A stretch of DNA of 37,221 nt from Hyphomicrobiales bacterium (GCA_019634405.1 JAHQVI010000149.1:1-37221); one strand, 5' to 3'. Shown: positions 1-8,414, counted from the first letter of the stretch. Numbers and translations are program-made. The notes: generated by a model not told the origin, from the sequence alone.

Positions 1-159
1 CGCGGGGTCCGTCAGGGCGTCATACTTGGTCTGCGCCTCAAAGTAGGCGGGAAGATCCGTGGTGCCTTCCTCTTCGTGCTTCTGCAGAATCTGTTCCAGT
101 TCCTGGATGGCTCCCGCCCGCCCGATGGCGATTTCCAGGGCGGTCTTTACCTGGATGCT
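1..159 (-). other. Unassigned coding-like fragment, open to the left window edge, with no in-frame ATG/GTG/TTG inside the window
   Basis: The minus-strand frame ending at nt 1 has no stop from nt 219 down. It reads ...SIQVKTALEIAIGRAGAIQELEQILQKHEEEGTTDLPAYFEAQTKYDALTDPA, which looks like a real helical protein. The plus-strand reading of the same bases (RGVRQGVILGLRLKVGGKIRGAFLFVLL...) looks like antisense noise. I do not recognise the family. Confidence 0.3.
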
Positions 160-768
160 GGTGGGAAATACGGCAACTTCGATGGCGGCCGCGGCGACGT
201 TCTTCGCTATGACTCTCCATCAGTTGCTGGCTTTATCTTCTCTACTTCCTGGAGCGATAGCCTCGACGCATCGGATGAAGATAGTGATTACTTCGACGTA
301 GCTCTGCGCTATAGCGGCGAGTTCAATGCATTCCGTTTGGCTGCCGCTGTTGGTTATACCGACGATCATGATGAATCCGAAATCCTTCAGGGTTCGGTAT
401 CTATCATGCACGTCCCAACTGGCTTGTTTGCTGCATTCCAGGCAGGCAACAAAGAGTTGGCTTCGGGTGCCGAGGGTGACCTTTGGTACGTAACGGCCGG
501 TATCGAAAAGACATGGCTGTCCTATGGTAAAACCACCATCTATGGTGAGTATGGACAGTATAATGATGCCGAATTCGAGGTCGTTAGAGGTTCTGAGACT
601 ATTGATGGTGTTGACGACACGATGTGGGGCGTAGGGCTTGTTCAGAGCTTCGACTCTGCTGCGCTTGATATCTATTTGCAGTACCGTCATGTTGAAGAAG
701 ATGATGCTCCGACATCGGGTGGTGACGAGCTGGACACATTCTTGCTTGGCACAAACATCACATTCTAA
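76..768 (+). pseudogene. 5'-truncated copy of the porin found at 1270..2400 and 2916..4028 (C-terminal half only)
   Basis: From YGNFDGGRGDVLRYDSPSVAGFIFS (nt 169) to the terminal LLGTNITF, the translation is collinear with the two full-length paralogs. The signal peptide, CC motif, coiled-coil segment and roughly the first 186 residues are missing. Residues encoded by nt 76-168 are not porin-like, and there is no RBS before nt 76. Confidence 0.55.
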
Positions 769-786
769 TCTGATTTAGATAAAGCA

Positions 787-813
787 GTGGAACCATCATT
801 TAGGTGGTTCCAC
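787..813 (+). terminator. Hairpin downstream of the porin fragment (9-bp stem GTGGAACCA/TGGTTCCAC, 9-nt loop)
   Basis: Perfect 9-bp stem read directly from the sequence. The tail ATTCTACAC is not U-rich, so terminator function is uncertain. Confidence 0.35.
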
Positions 814-1269
814 ATTCTACACTGATATGTTAGACGTTACGTATTGAAAAATTAGGTTTGAATGGATTGCGTCTCCTCAGATTACCCGAGGAAGTCGCTG
901 TATCTGGAGACCCGGCTAAATATAGGATTATCACTTGAATATTGAGTTGTTTTTAGTTTAGAGCACAACTTAAAGTAGATATTTTGAAGTTTTCGTGTCG
1001 AATCCGCCACAAATGAGTGAGGGATGAGGCATCTTTTTGTTGTTCGTGATTTACCCATCAATCAGATTGGTCTACCTAAATTCGTGTAAGCCGGACGGTG
1101 AGAGAAATAAAATCTCACATGTCAGGTGAATTTAGGTCGGCAGCTATGGAGTTTATTCGCTGGCTGACTTGGATCACAGGGCTGTCAATAATTTGACGTG
1201 CTCTGTATTTGGGAAGGCCCGGCAGGTAAATCTGGGGGCTGTTTGGAGAGAGAGATGATTGGGGGAACT

Positions 1270-2400
1270 ATGAGAATGACCAGTCGTTTTGCATTGGTCG
1301 CTGCAGCTGCTACGCTGTTCGGTGCATATTCCGCAAACGCTGCTGACCTTGGTGGCGGCTGCTGTGCAGATCTGGAAGAGCGTGTAGCTGAACTCGAAGC
1401 AACGACAGCCCGTAAGGGCAACCGCGTCGTTAGCTTGCAGGTTTATGGCCTCGTAAGCCGTGGTATCCTGGCGTGGGAAGCTACAAATGGTGATGACGGC
1501 GGCGGAGAGCTCGACGATGGTGAAAGCGCTGACGACGTATCGCTGATCGATGAAGATGGGTCTATATTTGGTTTTCGTGGTTCTGCAACGATTAAGCCAG
1601 GCTGGACTGCTGGTTACCGCATGGAGTTCGAAGTTGCTGGCGAACAGGCAAGTAGCCCTGAACTCAAGCAGAACAACCTTTGGATCGAGAGTGAACAGCT
1701 TGGTCGTGTAACAATCGGTCAGGCATCTGTTGCAACAGATGGTATTGCGCATATTGTTCTTGCGAATACTTGGAGCAACTCTGCCGCTTTCCAGAACGAT
1801 ATCTATACCGAATTCACAGCCGGTAGCTACGGTAACTTCGACGGTGGTCGCGGTGATTTGATTCGCTACGATTCTCCATCGATCGCCGGCTTTATTCTGT
1901 CGGCATCGTGGAGCGACGATCTGAACGTCGAAACTAACGATTTTCAGGTCGCGGATAGCGATGACGATGAAGTTTGGGACGTAACTCTCCGCTATAGCGG
2001 AGAGTTCAACGCGTTCCGTTTGGCTGCCGGTATCGGTTACACTGACGAGGGCAATGGCGACGACATTATTCAGGGATCTGCTTCTATCATGCATGTCCCA
2101 ACTGGTCTGTTTGCTTCGTTCTCTGCCGGTGAAAAAGAGTTCGACGGTGGTGACAGCGACGATTACTGGTACATCAATGGTGGTGTTGAGAAAACTTGGC
2201 TGTCATATGGCGCCACCACGGTTTATGCCGAATATGGCGAATACGCTGATGGTGATGATGACACGATGTGGGGTGCTGGCTTGACACAGCGGTTTGACGC
2301 TGCAGCGCTTGATATCTATCTGCAGTATCGGCACGTTGAAGAAGACGATGGTGATGACGAGTTCGAAACATTCCTGCTCGGTACATCGATCGCGTTCTGA
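1270..2400 (+). CDS. Outer-membrane porin (Rhizobiales type with an N-terminal CC plus coiled-coil segment)
   Basis: The ATG at 1270 follows GGGGGAA. Signal peptide: MRMTSRFALVAAAATLFGAYSANA, followed by ADL. It carries CCADLEERVAELEATTARKGNRVVSLQVYG, alternating beta-strand-like segments and a C-terminal ...LLGTSIAF aromatic end. A strong terminator follows. Confidence 0.9.
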   Translation: MRMTSRFALVAAAATLFGAYSANAADLGGGCCADLEERVAELEATTARKGNRVVSLQVYGLVSRGILAWEATNGDDGGGELDDGESADDVSLIDEDGSIFGFRGSATIKPGWTAGYRMEFEVAGEQASSPELKQNNLWIESEQLGRVTIGQASVATDGIAHIVLANTWSNSAAFQNDIYTEFTAGSYGNFDGGRGDLIRYDSPSIAGFILSASWSDDLNVETNDFQVADSDDDEVWDVTLRYSGEFNAFRLAAGIGYTDEGNGDDIIQGSASIMHVPTGLFASFSAGEKEFDGGDSDDYWYINGGVEKTWLSYGATTVYAEYGEYADGDDDTMWGAGLTQRFDAAALDIYLQYRHVEEDDGDDEFETFLLGTSIAF

Positions 2401-2559
2401 TCTGGCTTATAACGGTTAGTTTGAAGGCCGTCCTGGCAGGGGCGGCCTTCTTTTTTTGCGATCTGGTCAAAACTGGAATTTTGACACAAATCTAGCTTAC
2501 AACGGTTAGCTTGTAAGTTGCCCTTGATTAGGGCGGCCTTTTTTATTGCTGATTTGGCC
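2401..2559 (+). repeat. Direct duplication (period 90 nt) of the porin 3' flank including the terminator
   Basis: 2401..2468 reads TCTGGCTTATAACGGTTAGTTTGAAGGCCG...GGCGGCCTTCTTTTTTTGCGATCTGGTC. 2491..2559 reads TCTAGCTTACAACGGTTAGCTTGTAAGTTGCCC...GGGCGGCCTTTTTTATTGCTGATTTGGCC. The second copy has a degraded stem. Confidence 0.55.
2424..2457 (+). terminator. Rho-independent terminator of porin 2
   Basis: AAGGCCG(TCC)...(GG)CGGCCTT stem followed by TTCTTTTTTT. Confidence 0.8.
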
Positions 2560-2868
2560 TAAATTGTAAACGGGTGTTAATTTTATTCAAAATATTGAAT
2601 TTTAATATGTTTTCGGAGTTTTCTGCTACCTAAGCGATTGCTTTAGCGCCTGCACACGCCTTATTTCCCAAAATTATCGCAGGGGTTGTGCCTTGTTAAG
2701 ATCACAACAATACCGTTTTTACACCATTAACGTGTCCCCTTTCTATTGCACACTGTGTTTCGGTTGGCTGGAGGTGCATGATCTTTCCGACCATATAATA
2801 ATCTCTCTCATCTCTCTCTCCGGATTGGCACCTCCGGTTATTTGTTGCAGGTGTTTGCAATCTCGAAG

Positions 2869-2900
2869 GTTCAGGGCCCCATAAACCCCAATCCCTGAAC
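2869..2900 (+). promoter_or_regulatory. 5'-UTR hairpin immediately upstream of the porin-3 RBS
   Basis: GTTCAGGG (2869..2876) pairs with CCCTGAAC (2893..2900). The GGAGAG RBS starts at 2902 and the ATG is at 2916. A role in mRNA stability or translation is inferred only. Confidence 0.3.
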
Positions 2901-2915
2901 TGGAGAGATATCCAA

Positions 2916-4028
2916 ATGGGGGATTACATGACTACGGGTAGAATTACTCTGGCCGCGGCAGCGAGCATGCTGTTGGGGCTTTCTGTGTCTGCAAATGCAG
3001 CGGATCTTGGTTTAGGCGAAGGCTGCTGCGCGGATCTGGAAGAACGTGTTGCTGAGCTGGAATCGACAACAGCGCGTAAAGGGAATCGGGTCGTATCGCT
3101 TCAGGTCTATGGCGTGGTGAGCCGTGGCCTGCTCGTTTTTGACGGCTCCGGAGCTGATGAAGACGATTCCGATACCGTGCTGATTGATGAAGACGGCTCG
3201 AAATTCGGTTTTCGTGGTTCGGCGACGATCAGCCCGAACTGGACGGCTGGCTACAACATCGAATTGGATGTGTCAGTTGAGCAAGCCGAACCCATCGAAC
3301 TCCGGAAAAATAATGTCTGGATTGAGAGCACGCAGCTCGGCCGCGTAACGCTTGGTCAGGCCTCGACCGCGACCGATGGTATTGCCAATATCGTTCTTGC
3401 GAATACATTCAGCGATTCTGACGAGTTTCAGAACGATATCTATAATGAATTTGGCGGCGATTACGGCAATTTCGACGGTGGCCGCGGCGACGTGATCCGT
3501 TACGATTCGCCATCGATCGCCGGCTTCATCTTCTCGGCGTCCTGGAGTGATGATCTCGACCAGGAACCTCAAGACAATGATGATGATGCGGATTTCTGGG
3601 ATATCACGCTACGCTACAGCGCTGAATATAATGCTTTCCGCGTTGCAGCTGGTATCGGTTACTCGGAAGAGGAAGCCGGAGATGTCACCACGGAGATCTT
3701 CCAGGGATCGGGATCTTTGATGCATATCCCTTCGGGATTATTTGCTTCATTCTCGGCAGGTGAATCCGATGATGGTGTGAATGATGATTCATACTGGTAT
3801 GTTAACGCCGGTATCGAGAAGCAATGGCTTCCTTACGGCAAGACAACGATCTACGGCGAATATGGTGAGTATGACGACTTAGAAGATGACACGCTGTATG
3901 GCCTCGGCCTGACGCAGTCCTTCAACGCCGCAGCTCTTGATGTTTACGTTCAGTATCGCCGTATTGAAGAAGACGATGGAGATGCCGAGCTGGATACATT
4001 CCTTCTGGGTACAACCATCAAATTCTGA
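2916..4028 (+). CDS. Outer-membrane porin, paralog of 1270..2400
   Basis: GGAGAG RBS. Signal peptide ...LLGLSVSANA, followed by ADL. It carries CCADLEERVAELESTTARKGNRVVSLQVYG, is collinear with porin 2 to the C-terminal ...LLGTTIKF, and is followed by a terminator. Confidence 0.9.
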   Translation: MGDYMTTGRITLAAAASMLLGLSVSANAADLGLGEGCCADLEERVAELESTTARKGNRVVSLQVYGVVSRGLLVFDGSGADEDDSDTVLIDEDGSKFGFRGSATISPNWTAGYNIELDVSVEQAEPIELRKNNVWIESTQLGRVTLGQASTATDGIANIVLANTFSDSDEFQNDIYNEFGGDYGNFDGGRGDVIRYDSPSIAGFIFSASWSDDLDQEPQDNDDDADFWDITLRYSAEYNAFRVAAGIGYSEEEAGDVTTEIFQGSGSLMHIPSGLFASFSAGESDDGVNDDSYWYVNAGIEKQWLPYGKTTIYGEYGEYDDLEDDTLYGLGLTQSFNAAALDVYVQYRRIEEDDGDAELDTFLLGTTIKF

Positions 4029-4053
4029 TGCTATTTGACTAGCATTGGTAGTG

Positions 4054-4094
4054 AGGCCGCTTCTTCTGGAGCGGCCTTTGCTTTTTCTGTTTTG
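4054..4094 (+). terminator. Rho-independent terminator of porin 3
   Basis: AGGCCGCT (4054..4061) pairs with AGCGGCCT (4070..4077), followed by TTGCTTTTTCTGTTTT. Confidence 0.8.
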
Positions 4095-4201
4095 ATCTTC
4101 ACTTTACTTAAACCGATAAGTGATTGGGATGTGTTCCGCTGTTCAGTATATCTCAAGGCGTGGCTGTTGAGATGATGGCTTGATGTGAACAGGAGTAAGG
4201 A

Positions 4202-5428
4202 ATGGCGGCAAGGTCAGAAAAAGTTGAATTTCCCGGATCGCAAGGGGCGCTTCTTGCCGCGCGGATGGAACGTCCGGCTGAACCGCCCAAGGCAACTGTA
4301 ATTTTTGCGCATTGTTTTACGTGCTCCAAGGATATCTTTGCGGCAGCGCGGATTTCGCGAGAATTGTCCGGGCGCGGTTTTCAGGTCTTGCGCTTCGACT
4401 TCACCGGTCTTGGAGCGAGTGAAGGCGAATTTGGCAATACGAACTTTTCTTCCAATGTGCAGGATTTGCTTGCTGCCGCCGACTATCTGCGCGCGCAAGG
4501 GCAGGCTCCGGAAATCCTGATCGGTCATAGTCTTGGCGGTGCAGCAGTGCTTGCCGCCGCCGGAGATATCCCCGAAGTGAAAGCGGTCGCCACGATCGGC
4601 GCGCCTGCTGATGCCGCTCATGTCGAGCAAAATTTTGCGGCGCATGTTGAAGAGATCCGAACCAAGGGTGAGGCCGAGGTGCAGCTGGCGGGCCGGACCT
4701 TCAGCATCAAGAAGCAGTTTCTGGATGATCTGGAGTCCACGGCGATTGCCGACCGGATCGCCAATATGCGAAAAGCGTTGCTGATCTTTCATGCGCCAAC
4801 GGATGTCACTGTCGGAATCAAGAATGCGTCAGCAATCTATCAGGCAGCAAAACATCCCAAGAGTTTTGTATCTCTGGATGGCGCAGATCATCTGTTGTCC
4901 CGCCGCGCCGACGCCGTCTATGTCGCCGAGGTGCTGAGCGCATGGGCAGCGCGGTTTATTACGCCGAACGGCGCCGAGACGACTGATCCGGGTGACGAAG
5001 AGTCTGACGCCGTACTCGTATCGGAAGCGGGAACCGGCAAATTCCAGCAGACTGTCAGGATCGGCTCCCATAGGCTGCTTGCAGATGAACCGCCCGCTGT
5101 CGGCGGGGATGACGCCGGTCCGACGCCGTATGATTATGTTGCAATCGGACTAGGTGCGTGCACTTCGATGACAATCAGAATGTATGCTGCTCGAAAAAAC
5201 ATACCGCTGGAGCATGTCGAAGTGGCAATCCGTCATGAAAAGCGGCATGCTGATGATTGCGTCGATTGTGAAAGTAATAAGTCGCGCATCGATCATTTTG
5301 ATCGTGTCCTGCGATTGCGAGGTGATTTGACCGACGAGCAGCGAGCCAAACTCATTGAAATCGCTGATAAATGTCCCGTTCACCGGACCCTTGAAACCGG
5401 CGCGCGCGTGATCACCGAAGTTGAGTGA
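4202..5428 (+). CDS. Alpha/beta hydrolase fused to a C-terminal OsmC/Ohr-family domain
   Basis: The N-terminal half has the nucleophile elbow GHSLGG and a hydrolase-like layout. The C-terminal ~130 aa (GPTPYDYVAIGLGACTSMTIRMYA...DKCPVHRTL) carries the two conserved Cys contexts typical of OsmC/Ohr. An AGGAGTAAGGA RBS precedes the ATG. Confidence 0.85.
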   Translation: MAARSEKVEFPGSQGALLAARMERPAEPPKATVIFAHCFTCSKDIFAAARISRELSGRGFQVLRFDFTGLGASEGEFGNTNFSSNVQDLLAAADYLRAQGQAPEILIGHSLGGAAVLAAAGDIPEVKAVATIGAPADAAHVEQNFAAHVEEIRTKGEAEVQLAGRTFSIKKQFLDDLESTAIADRIANMRKALLIFHAPTDVTVGIKNASAIYQAAKHPKSFVSLDGADHLLSRRADAVYVAEVLSAWAARFITPNGAETTDPGDEESDAVLVSEAGTGKFQQTVRIGSHRLLADEPPAVGGDDAGPTPYDYVAIGLGACTSMTIRMYAARKNIPLEHVEVAIRHEKRHADDCVDCESNKSRIDHFDRVLRLRGDLTDEQRAKLIEIADKCPVHRTLETGARVITEVE

Positions 5429-5439
5429 GCGAGAATGGA

Positions 5440-5462
5440 CGGAGGCAGTCTTCGGGCCTCCG
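5440..5462. terminator. Hairpin between the convergent genes (hydrolase-OsmC and Omp25-like)
   Basis: CGGAGGC (5440..5446) pairs with GCCTCCG (5456..5462) around a 9-nt loop. There is no clear U-tract on either strand. Confidence 0.35.
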
Positions 5463-5482
5463 CCATCGGCATGCGGGCGCAG

Positions 5483-6247
5483 CTATTTCAGGAGCTGCGG
5501 CACTGTATGAACGAAATAGCTGACACCCACCTTTATGGTGTGAATGTCATTATCATGTTTGAAAAGATCGCCTTCAGCGTTGCTCGATGTTTCATCGGCG
5601 AAATCCATGTAAAGATACTCGATCTTCATCGTCATATTCGGATTGAAGGCGTATTCTGCGCCGCCACCCAAAGCCCAGCCGGCATGGATGTCACGGTTTT
5701 TGGAATAATCCAGGGGAGCGCCGATAGCGCCGGCTGTATTCTTGATATCGGCAAGTGCAAGTCCGCCTTTTGCATAGAACATGAAGCGGTCTTGCGCAAA
5801 ACCGGCGCGTGCGGTCAGAGCGCCATACCAACCATACTCGGCTTCGGCAAAGGCGGCGCCATTGCTGTTGCGGTCATTAGCGCCGATATAGCCGAGATCG
5901 CCTTCCAACCCGAAGACGAAAGTGTCCATATGCCAATTATGGCCGCCGGACACACCGCCCAGCCATCCGCCCGGATCCAGATTGAAGCCGTTGGCCTTGT
6001 CGTCGAATCCGCCGCTACCAGGACGATTGTCGGTGTTCGCGTTGGCCCAACCGTAACCGAGATTTCCGCTGAGAAAGAAGCCCGTCCAGGAATAGAAGTT
6101 TGACGGGACGATGATTGGATCGCCGTAATCCTTATAGCCGCCGCCGGGATAGCCGAGGTCGGCAGAGATTGCCGGGCTGCTACAGGCGGCCGCCAGGCAA
6201 AGAAACGCGCACGCAGAACGCGACGCATACGATATGTACTTCCCCAT
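5483..6247 (-). CDS. Omp25/Omp31 (RopB)-family small beta-barrel outer-membrane protein
   Basis: Signal peptide MGKYISYASRSACAFLCLAAACSSPAIS, followed by ADL. The body is Gly/aromatic-rich with alternating strands (GFFLSGNLGYGW, GWLGGVSGGHNW, FGLEGDLGYIG, YGALTARAGF, MFYAKGGLALA, GWALGGGAEYAF, MKIEYLYMDF, IKVGVSYF). Confidence 0.85.
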   Translation of the reverse strand: MGKYISYASRSACAFLCLAAACSSPAISADLGYPGGGYKDYGDPIIVPSNFYSWTGFFLSGNLGYGWANANTDNRPGSGGFDDKANGFNLDPGGWLGGVSGGHNWHMDTFVFGLEGDLGYIGANDRNSNGAAFAEAEYGWYGALTARAGFAQDRFMFYAKGGLALADIKNTAGAIGAPLDYSKNRDIHAGWALGGGAEYAFNPNMTMKIEYLYMDFADETSSNAEGDLFKHDNDIHTIKVGVSYFVHTVPQLLK

Positions 6248-6556
6248 GAATCCTACTCTTTCAATACTTTAAGACTGACTGAAACGCCGCCCGTTTCATG
6301 CCGATGAGAAATACACTTACGCCTCAACTCCGACAGGTTAAGCGGTAGAGGCGAGAATAATTGAAAATACTCTTAATGGTTGTGGTGTTTTCGACTTATC
6401 CAATGCAGGTTCACAATTTATAGGTGTATTGATGTATTTTAGCAACTCAAACTGAGTCGGGGATTTTACGAAATTCGTGATCTGCTATCTTTCCCCAGGC
6501 CCGATCATGCGCGACAATGGCGCAACCAAAAAATCTTACTTGTAGCAGGTGTTCTT

Positions 6557-8317
6557 ATGAGCAAGCTGTTTTTTACCTTCTTCCTGGCTGTCTCTGCATT
6601 CGCGACATCACTTTCCACCGCGCAGGAGAGCGCCAATCCCGCAGCCGAAGCCCTGATCTCGCGCAATGTGCGGTTTCACCCGGTGATCGGGCAGAACGGT
6701 ATGGTCGCCACTCAGGATGCGATCGCCTCCGCAGTTGGTCTGGATATATTGAAAAAAGGAGGCAACGCTTTCGATGCGGCGGTGGCGACCGGCTTCGCTA
6801 TGGCCGTCACACATCCGCAGGCGGGCAATCTTGGCGGCGGCGGCTTCATGCTCATCGCTTTGGCAAAAGAGCGGAAGGTTATCGCCATCGACTATCGCGA
6901 AATGGCGCCGGAAGCAGCTGGCCGCGATCTGTTTCTCGGAGCCGATGGCGAAGTCGATCAGGACAAGGCGCGCTTTTCCCATGCCTCCGCAGGCGTGCCG
7001 GGAACGGTAGCTGGCCTTATCCATGTGCTTGAAAACTATGGCACAATGACGCTGGCAGAGGTTCTGGCCCCGTCAATCCGCCTTGCTGAGGAGGGCTTTG
7101 AAATTCCGCGCGGCCTTGCCTATGCGCTGGCGAGGAATGTGCCGCGCTTCGTCAAGGATCAATCGTCGGCGAATTATTTCGTTCATCCGGATGGCCGCCC
7201 GTTTCATACGGGAGAAAGGCTTGTTCAGCGGGATCTGGCGAAGACGCTGACATCAATCGCCAAAACTGGCCGGGACGGGTTTTACAAGGGCTGGGTGGCC
7301 GATGCGATCGTCGCCGAGATGAAAAGCGGCAATGGCCTCATCACGCATGAGGATCTGGAGGGTTATCGCGTAGTCGAACGCGAGCCTGTGCGGGGGACGT
7401 ATCGCGGCCACGATATCTATTCGATGCCGCCGCCATCGTCGGGGGGGACGCATCTTGTCCAGATGCTGAACATTCTGGAGGAGTATGATCTGTCCGCTTC
7501 AGGCCACAACAGTGCGGACACGATACACCGTATGGTCGAGGCAATGCGCAGGGCTTACGCGGATCGCGCCGAGCATATGGGAGATCCCGATTTCTGGGAT
7601 GTGCCGGTCGCCGGGCTGGCGGGAAAACCCTATGCTGATGTGCTGCGGGGCGGTATCGACCTGTCAAACGCATCGAAATCCGCCGATATATCTGCTGGAA
7701 CGCCCGCGCCGCCGGAAAGTGAGCAGACGACGCATTTCTCGATCATGGATAAGGATGGCAATGCCGTCGCCAATACCTATACGATCAATTTCGCATTCGG
7801 AAGCGGTTGGTCTGTCGACGGAGCCGGCTTTTTGCTGAACAACGAAATGGATGATTTCGCATCCAAGCCAGGCGTGCCGAACGCCTATGGGCTGATCGGC
7901 GGCGAGGCGAATGCGATCGAGGCGCGCAAGCGTCCGCTTTCATCGATGACGCCGACAATCGTGTTCAAGGATGGCGAACCTTATCTCGCAACGGGAAGTC
8001 CCGGCGGGAGCACGATTATCACCGTGGTCATGCAGATCCTGATGAATGTGATGGACTTCAAGATGAACATTGCGGAGGCGACGGCCGCGCCGCGCATCCA
8101 TCATCAGTGGTTGCCGGACCTTGTTTTTACTGAACGCGGCGTGTCGCGCGATACGCTTCGTTCGCTGGAAGCGCGCGGTTTTATCCTGCCGAAAGACGAT
8201 AAAGGCCAATGGAAACACCGTATTCTGGGACGCACCAACTCCATTCTTCGTCGGGACGGCTACCTGTTCGGCTCATCCGACCCGCGGGCCGCCGATGGCG
8301 CAATCTCGGCCTACTGA
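6557..8317 (+). CDS. ggt: Gamma-glutamyltransferase
   Basis: Signal peptide, the autoprocessing/catalytic site ...SEQTTHFSIMDKDGNAV, and GGSTIITVVMQ, with full-length collinearity to GGT. Confidence 0.95.
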   Translation: MSKLFFTFFLAVSAFATSLSTAQESANPAAEALISRNVRFHPVIGQNGMVATQDAIASAVGLDILKKGGNAFDAAVATGFAMAVTHPQAGNLGGGGFMLIALAKERKVIAIDYREMAPEAAGRDLFLGADGEVDQDKARFSHASAGVPGTVAGLIHVLENYGTMTLAEVLAPSIRLAEEGFEIPRGLAYALARNVPRFVKDQSSANYFVHPDGRPFHTGERLVQRDLAKTLTSIAKTGRDGFYKGWVADAIVAEMKSGNGLITHEDLEGYRVVEREPVRGTYRGHDIYSMPPPSSGGTHLVQMLNILEEYDLSASGHNSADTIHRMVEAMRRAYADRAEHMGDPDFWDVPVAGLAGKPYADVLRGGIDLSNASKSADISAGTPAPPESEQTTHFSIMDKDGNAVANTYTINFAFGSGWSVDGAGFLLNNEMDDFASKPGVPNAYGLIGGEANAIEARKRPLSSMTPTIVFKDGEPYLATGSPGGSTIITVVMQILMNVMDFKMNIAEATAAPRIHHQWLPDLVFTERGVSRDTLRSLEARGFILPKDDKGQWKHRILGRTNSILRRDGYLFGSSDPRAADGAISAY

Positions 8318-8339
8318 TGATTTGCCGGGCGATTGTCTG

Positions 8340-8363
8340 AAGAGCGCATGAATGGCCGCTCTT
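8340..8363 (+). terminator. Probable ggt terminator hairpin
   Basis: AAGAGCG (8340..8346) pairs with CGCTCTT (8357..8363), followed by AATTTG. It lies 23 nt after the ggt stop. Confidence 0.4.
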
Positions 8364-8366
8364 AAT

Positions 8367-8414
8367 TTGTCGCAATTTCTGACAAAGGCTGTTTATTGTC
8401 AGAAATTGCGACAA
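8367..8414. repeat. Perfect 19-bp inverted repeat with a 10-nt spacer
   Basis: TTGTCGCAATTTCTGACAA (8367..8385) and its exact reverse complement TTGTCAGAAATTGCGACAA (8396..8414). It sits in an AT-rich spacer upstream of the 8549 gene. Confidence 0.7.

Noticed and set aside
220-2094. Long minus-strand ORFs (220..690, 156 aa; 1174..2094, 306 aa) inside the porin genes
   Set aside because: They are antisense shadows of the clearly homologous plus-strand porin frames. Their translations are low-complexity, with no RBS or recognisable motifs.
2693-2884. 63-aa ORF and a CT-rich tract (TCTCTCTCATCTCTCTCTCC, 2802..2821) in the porin-3 leader
   Set aside because: The ORF has no RBS and a hydrophobic, low-complexity translation. 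The CT tract is short and imperfect, so I treat it as part of the AT/CT-rich porin 5' region rather than a functional microsatellite.
5435-6103. 222-aa plus-strand ORF and 137-aa minus-strand ORF overlapping the Omp25-like gene
   Set aside because: The 5483..6247 minus-strand frame has a signal peptide and beta-barrel periodicity. The others are alternative-frame or antisense artefacts of a GC-rich gene.
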